Part shown: positions 31,179-33,634 of the stretch, piece after piece
How positions within the stretch are numbered: the first letter of the stretch is position 1
Layout: each line of letters starts with the position of its first letter
Source of the DNA: an uncultured Gammaproteobacteria bacterium
GTDB taxonomy: Bacteria; Patescibacteriota; Patescibacteriia; JACRDY01
Direction of reading: 5' to 3'
Assembly: GCA_964364745.1 (NCBI GenBank)
Contig: CAYINJ010000004.1
Coordinates: 1 to 33,634 of the forward strand
Length of the DNA stretch: 33,634 nt
Position numbers and translations under genes: made by a program
The notes under the pieces: model-generated
What the model was told of the DNA's origin: nothing
What the model saw: only the letters and a program-made list of their open reading frames with translations
Databases searched by the model: none

Positions 31179-31919
31179 ATGAATTATCGTCAGAAAACAG
31201 CGCATCAAATAAAAGAACATCAGCGCCTGGCCAATGTGGCCAGAAGATTTAGTACCGACATAGGTTTTAACAGCACATTAATTGAGCTACGGTATCGGAC
31301 GTTACGAAAGTATTTTCGGGGAGAGACCTGCTTGGAATTAGGCAGTAGCGATGGGAAAGGGACACAACATCTTTTGGATTATTTCGATCGAGTAGTTGCC
31401 GTAGACGGATCGCGCAAGTTTACTGAGGATCTTAAGGGTCGTTTTCCTTCTAAGAACCTTGAAGTTATACGTTCTCTCTTCGAGGAGTACCAGACGACTG
31501 AGAAGTTTGATGTGATTGTCTTGGCACATGTATTAGAACACGTAAAGCATCCGGTAGCGGTATTGCGCTGTGCAAAGCGATGGCTTAAGCGGTCGGGGGT
31601 ATTGTTGGTGGATGTTCCTAATGCCAATTCAATCCATCGACTGGTCGGAGTGAAAATGGGGCTTCTTAAAAGCATTACTAGTTTGAATGAGGGAGATATC
31701 CGAATTGGACATCGAAGGGTGTATACGATTTCTGCACTAGAGCAGGATATTCAAACAGCAGGTCTTCGGGTAAAAAAAATTGGAGGGGTCTTTCTTAAAC
31801 CTGTTTCAAATACACAGATTGAAAAGACATGGAGTCCTGAAATGGTCGAAGGATTTTACGAGCTGGGGCAAGATATTCCTGAACTGGCGTCGGAGATTTA
31901 TGCGGTATGTACGTTATGA
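31179..31919 (+). CDS. Class I SAM-dependent methyltransferase
   Basis: The product has CLELGSSDG (motif I) and VIVLAHVLEHVKHP. Confidence 0.8.
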   Translation: MNYRQKTAHQIKEHQRLANVARRFSTDIGFNSTLIELRYRTLRKYFRGETCLELGSSDGKGTQHLLDYFDRVVAVDGSRKFTEDLKGRFPSKNLEVIRSLFEEYQTTEKFDVIVLAHVLEHVKHPVAVLRCAKRWLKRSGVLLVDVPNANSIHRLVGVKMGLLKSITSLNEGDIRIGHRRVYTISALEQDIQTAGLRVKKIGGVFLKPVSNTQIEKTWSPEMVEGFYELGQDIPELASEIYAVCTL

Positions 31920-33046
31920 AAAATGTGCTCCTCGTTGGGCATTATACGCCGACGCCATGTATATTAGATACCATTGAGCTGTACCTCAAAAAAAAGAATT
32001 TTACAGTTATCACGGTTGTTCATCCCCTCGAACTAAAAAGTACTCTCCATACAATCGTGCGTGGCAGTAGCGGTAATGTTTCCTATAAACTCCCCGCCTT
32101 TCTTCAGTATTTCTTGGAGGGGATTAGTGCATTACGGGCCGTGCGTCGGATGACAGCACAATCATTTTGTTTGGACATCGCGATCTGTTTTGATCCCCTC
32201 TCATTTTTTCATATTTATTTTTTACAGTCTTGGTTTCGGGTCCATAAGGTCGTATATTTTAATGTCGATTTTTCTCGGCGCCGTTTTCCGTCGGTGTTCA
32301 TGAATTGGATCTATCAGTGCGTTAATCGATTTGCCTATCACAGATGTGATTATTTTTTATACCTTACTATCCATTTTTTAAAACACGTTGATCCTGAAGG
32401 GAGATACACACATAAAGCATTGCCCTTAAAGCAGATGGTTGATATTGCTTCAATCCATCGCGATGTCCAACGTGCCCCAAATGCGTTTGTATTTGCCGGT
32501 TCTCTTGGGTATACTGTCGAATTCAAAGCTCTTTTCAGCGCCCTGACCCGCCTGGTGAATGAAGGTATTATTTTTCGTTTCGATATATACGGGAGTGGCA
32601 GTCTCCTTGAATTATTGAGAGCACAAATCGAAACATTGCAATTGCAAAGATACGTGCATATTAAAGGAGTGGTTGATCACGAAATTCTGGTGCAGAGTGT
32701 GTTGCCTGCCTATCGGTTTGGCGTGAGCCCTTATCGTACCGACCGGGCGGGTACACATTTCGATCACATGTTCTACGGCACGGACCTTAGTTCGAAATTG
32801 GTCGAATATATTGCCGCCGGGTTACCAATTATTACAACCCGGCTCCATGACGCATTTGAGATGATTGAGACGCATCGGTTTGGCTTTTTGGTGAATACCC
32901 CGGAAGAATGGTATTGCGCGATCAAGACACTTTTGTTTGACGGAGAATATTATGAGGAGTATCATATGAATGCTGTTCGGTTTTCACAGCGGTATGATGT
33001 GGAGCGAGTATTACTTCCTTTATTATCAAAGATGAGCGGTTCGTGA
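31916..33046 (+). CDS. GT-B fold glycosyltransferase (GT1/GT4-like)
   Basis: The C-terminal nucleotide-sugar binding region reads SSKLVEYIAAGLPIITT...FGFLV. The ATG overlaps the upstream TGA as ATGA. An alternative start at 31907 is given in the ORF track. Confidence 0.72.
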   Translation: MKNVLLVGHYTPTPCILDTIELYLKKKNFTVITVVHPLELKSTLHTIVRGSSGNVSYKLPAFLQYFLEGISALRAVRRMTAQSFCLDIAICFDPLSFFHIYFLQSWFRVHKVVYFNVDFSRRRFPSVFMNWIYQCVNRFAYHRCDYFLYLTIHFLKHVDPEGRYTHKALPLKQMVDIASIHRDVQRAPNAFVFAGSLGYTVEFKALFSALTRLVNEGIIFRFDIYGSGSLLELLRAQIETLQLQRYVHIKGVVDHEILVQSVLPAYRFGVSPYRTDRAGTHFDHMFYGTDLSSKLVEYIAAGLPIITTRLHDAFEMIETHRFGFLVNTPEEWYCAIKTLLFDGEYYEEYHMNAVRFSQRYDVERVLLPLLSKMSGS

Positions 33047-33077
33047 TTCGAGGTTATTTATATATCGCACATGTTAC

Positions 33078-33634
33078 ATGCGTAATATATTCTCTATTTT
33101 TGTTAAAGCGTTAGTTCACTCACCGGTCTATCCACATTGGTTGGTTGACGGTAAAATGAATATGGCAAACAATTTATTATTGAATAATATCCATGGCGAT
33201 ATACTAGAAGTAGGCGCGGGTGATGGAAAGAGAAAATTAGAATTTCTTAGAAAATATAAAAAGATCACAAGCTACACTGCCACGGATCATTCTAGTTGGG
33301 ATGACGAATTCCAGAAAATTAATAAGCGGATTAAAAAATATTTTGGGGCTGGCGAGATACTTTTTGGCTATCGAGAAAGGATCAAGCTTGACAAAATTTG
33401 TAGCGCCGTGGAATTACCATTTGAAAACGAGGTTTTTGATTACCACTTAAGTTTTGAGGTATTAGAACATATTGGGAACCCACAAAAATATTTCAGTGAG
33501 GCGGCTCGAGTCTTAAGGCCGGGGGGGGTTATTATGTTCTCGGTGCCGTTCCTTTATAGAATGCACGGCGGTGGGACAGATCAGCGGTTGGATTTTTTTA
33601 TGACATGGCCGAGAAAAATAAAGATCGGAAGAGC
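33078..33634 (+). CDS. Class I SAM-dependent methyltransferase, 3'-truncated by the window end (absent from the ORF track)
   Basis: By hand translation the frame is open from ATG 33078 to the window end. Motif I is ILEVGAGDG, followed by FDYHLSFEVLEHIGNP...LRPGGVIMFSVP. Confidence 0.65.
   Translation, partial: MRNIFSIFVKALVHSPVYPHWLVDGKMNMANNLLLNNIHGDILEVGAGDGKRKLEFLRKYKKITSYTATDHSSWDDEFQKINKRIKKYFGAGEILFGYRERIKLDKICSAVELPFENEVFDYHLSFEVLEHIGNPQKYFSEAARVLRPGGVIMFSVPFLYRMHGGGTDQRLDFFMTWPRKIKIGR

Noticed and set aside
31907-31915. The alternative glycosyltransferase start at ATG 31907 (ORF track).
   Set aside because: It cannot be excluded. ATG 31916 forms the classical ATGA stop-start overlap with the upstream methyltransferase, so that start is preferred. 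The stop coordinate is unaffected.
1-33634. Mobile-element genes (integrase, transposase, phage or plasmid functions), toxin-antitoxin pairs, defence systems or reverse transcriptases.
   Set aside because: None of the ORFs of 60 aa or more shows motifs of these families. The only mobile-like signals are the non-autonomous palindromic repeats and the compositional island.

Overview
This 33.6-kb window comes from a fairly GC-rich, small-genome bacterium. The gene content, the IF-2 N-terminus and the abundant GTCATTGCGAG-type palindromic repeats are reminiscent of CPR/Patescibacteria, but that placement is inference only. The standard genetic code applies, since TGA is used as a stop. Positions 1 to about 26.6 kb are tightly packed housekeeping genes: rpoC (3' part), ftsK, a RodZ-like HTH protein, recA, efp, rpsR-ssb-rpsF, a SAM methyltransferase, clpP, hup, ymdB-rny, folD, truB, a purF-like amidophosphoribosyltransferase, infB, trxA, a thioredoxin-reductase-like flavoprotein lacking the CxxC centre, a small membrane ORF, rnhB and leuS. 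From about 26.65 kb to the window end the DNA is visibly more AT-rich (hand counts on a few lines only). This part encodes a sugar-nucleotide modification and glycosylation cluster: a PseB/CapD-like 4,6-dehydratase, a DegT-type aminotransferase, a cupin, an ATP-grasp ligase, a HAD phosphatase, two SAM methyltransferases and a GT-B glycosyltransferase. The last gene runs off the window and was missing from the ORF track. Five observations stand out. (1) A family of nested-palindrome, MITE/REP-like repeats has a five-element cluster between folD and truB and a half copy inside the rny-ymdB spacer. It also has one copy 12 nt upstream of leuS and a near-identical copy inserted IN FRAME inside leuS. 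(2) An atypical tRNA-like gene lies at the core/island boundary. It is followed on the same strand by a near-consensus promoter plus an intrinsic terminator that would make a roughly 57-nt RNA complementary to the tRNA-like anticodon arm. (3) Three intrinsic terminators share an identical CCCGCTTAGCGGG apex. (4) Several genes appear to be leaderless. (5) Long terminator-containing leaders, or independent sRNAs, lie upstream of rpsF and rny. No CRISPR array, rRNA, integrase or transposase was seen. All calls rest on reading the sequence and the ORF track and on recalled family motifs. No database search was possible.
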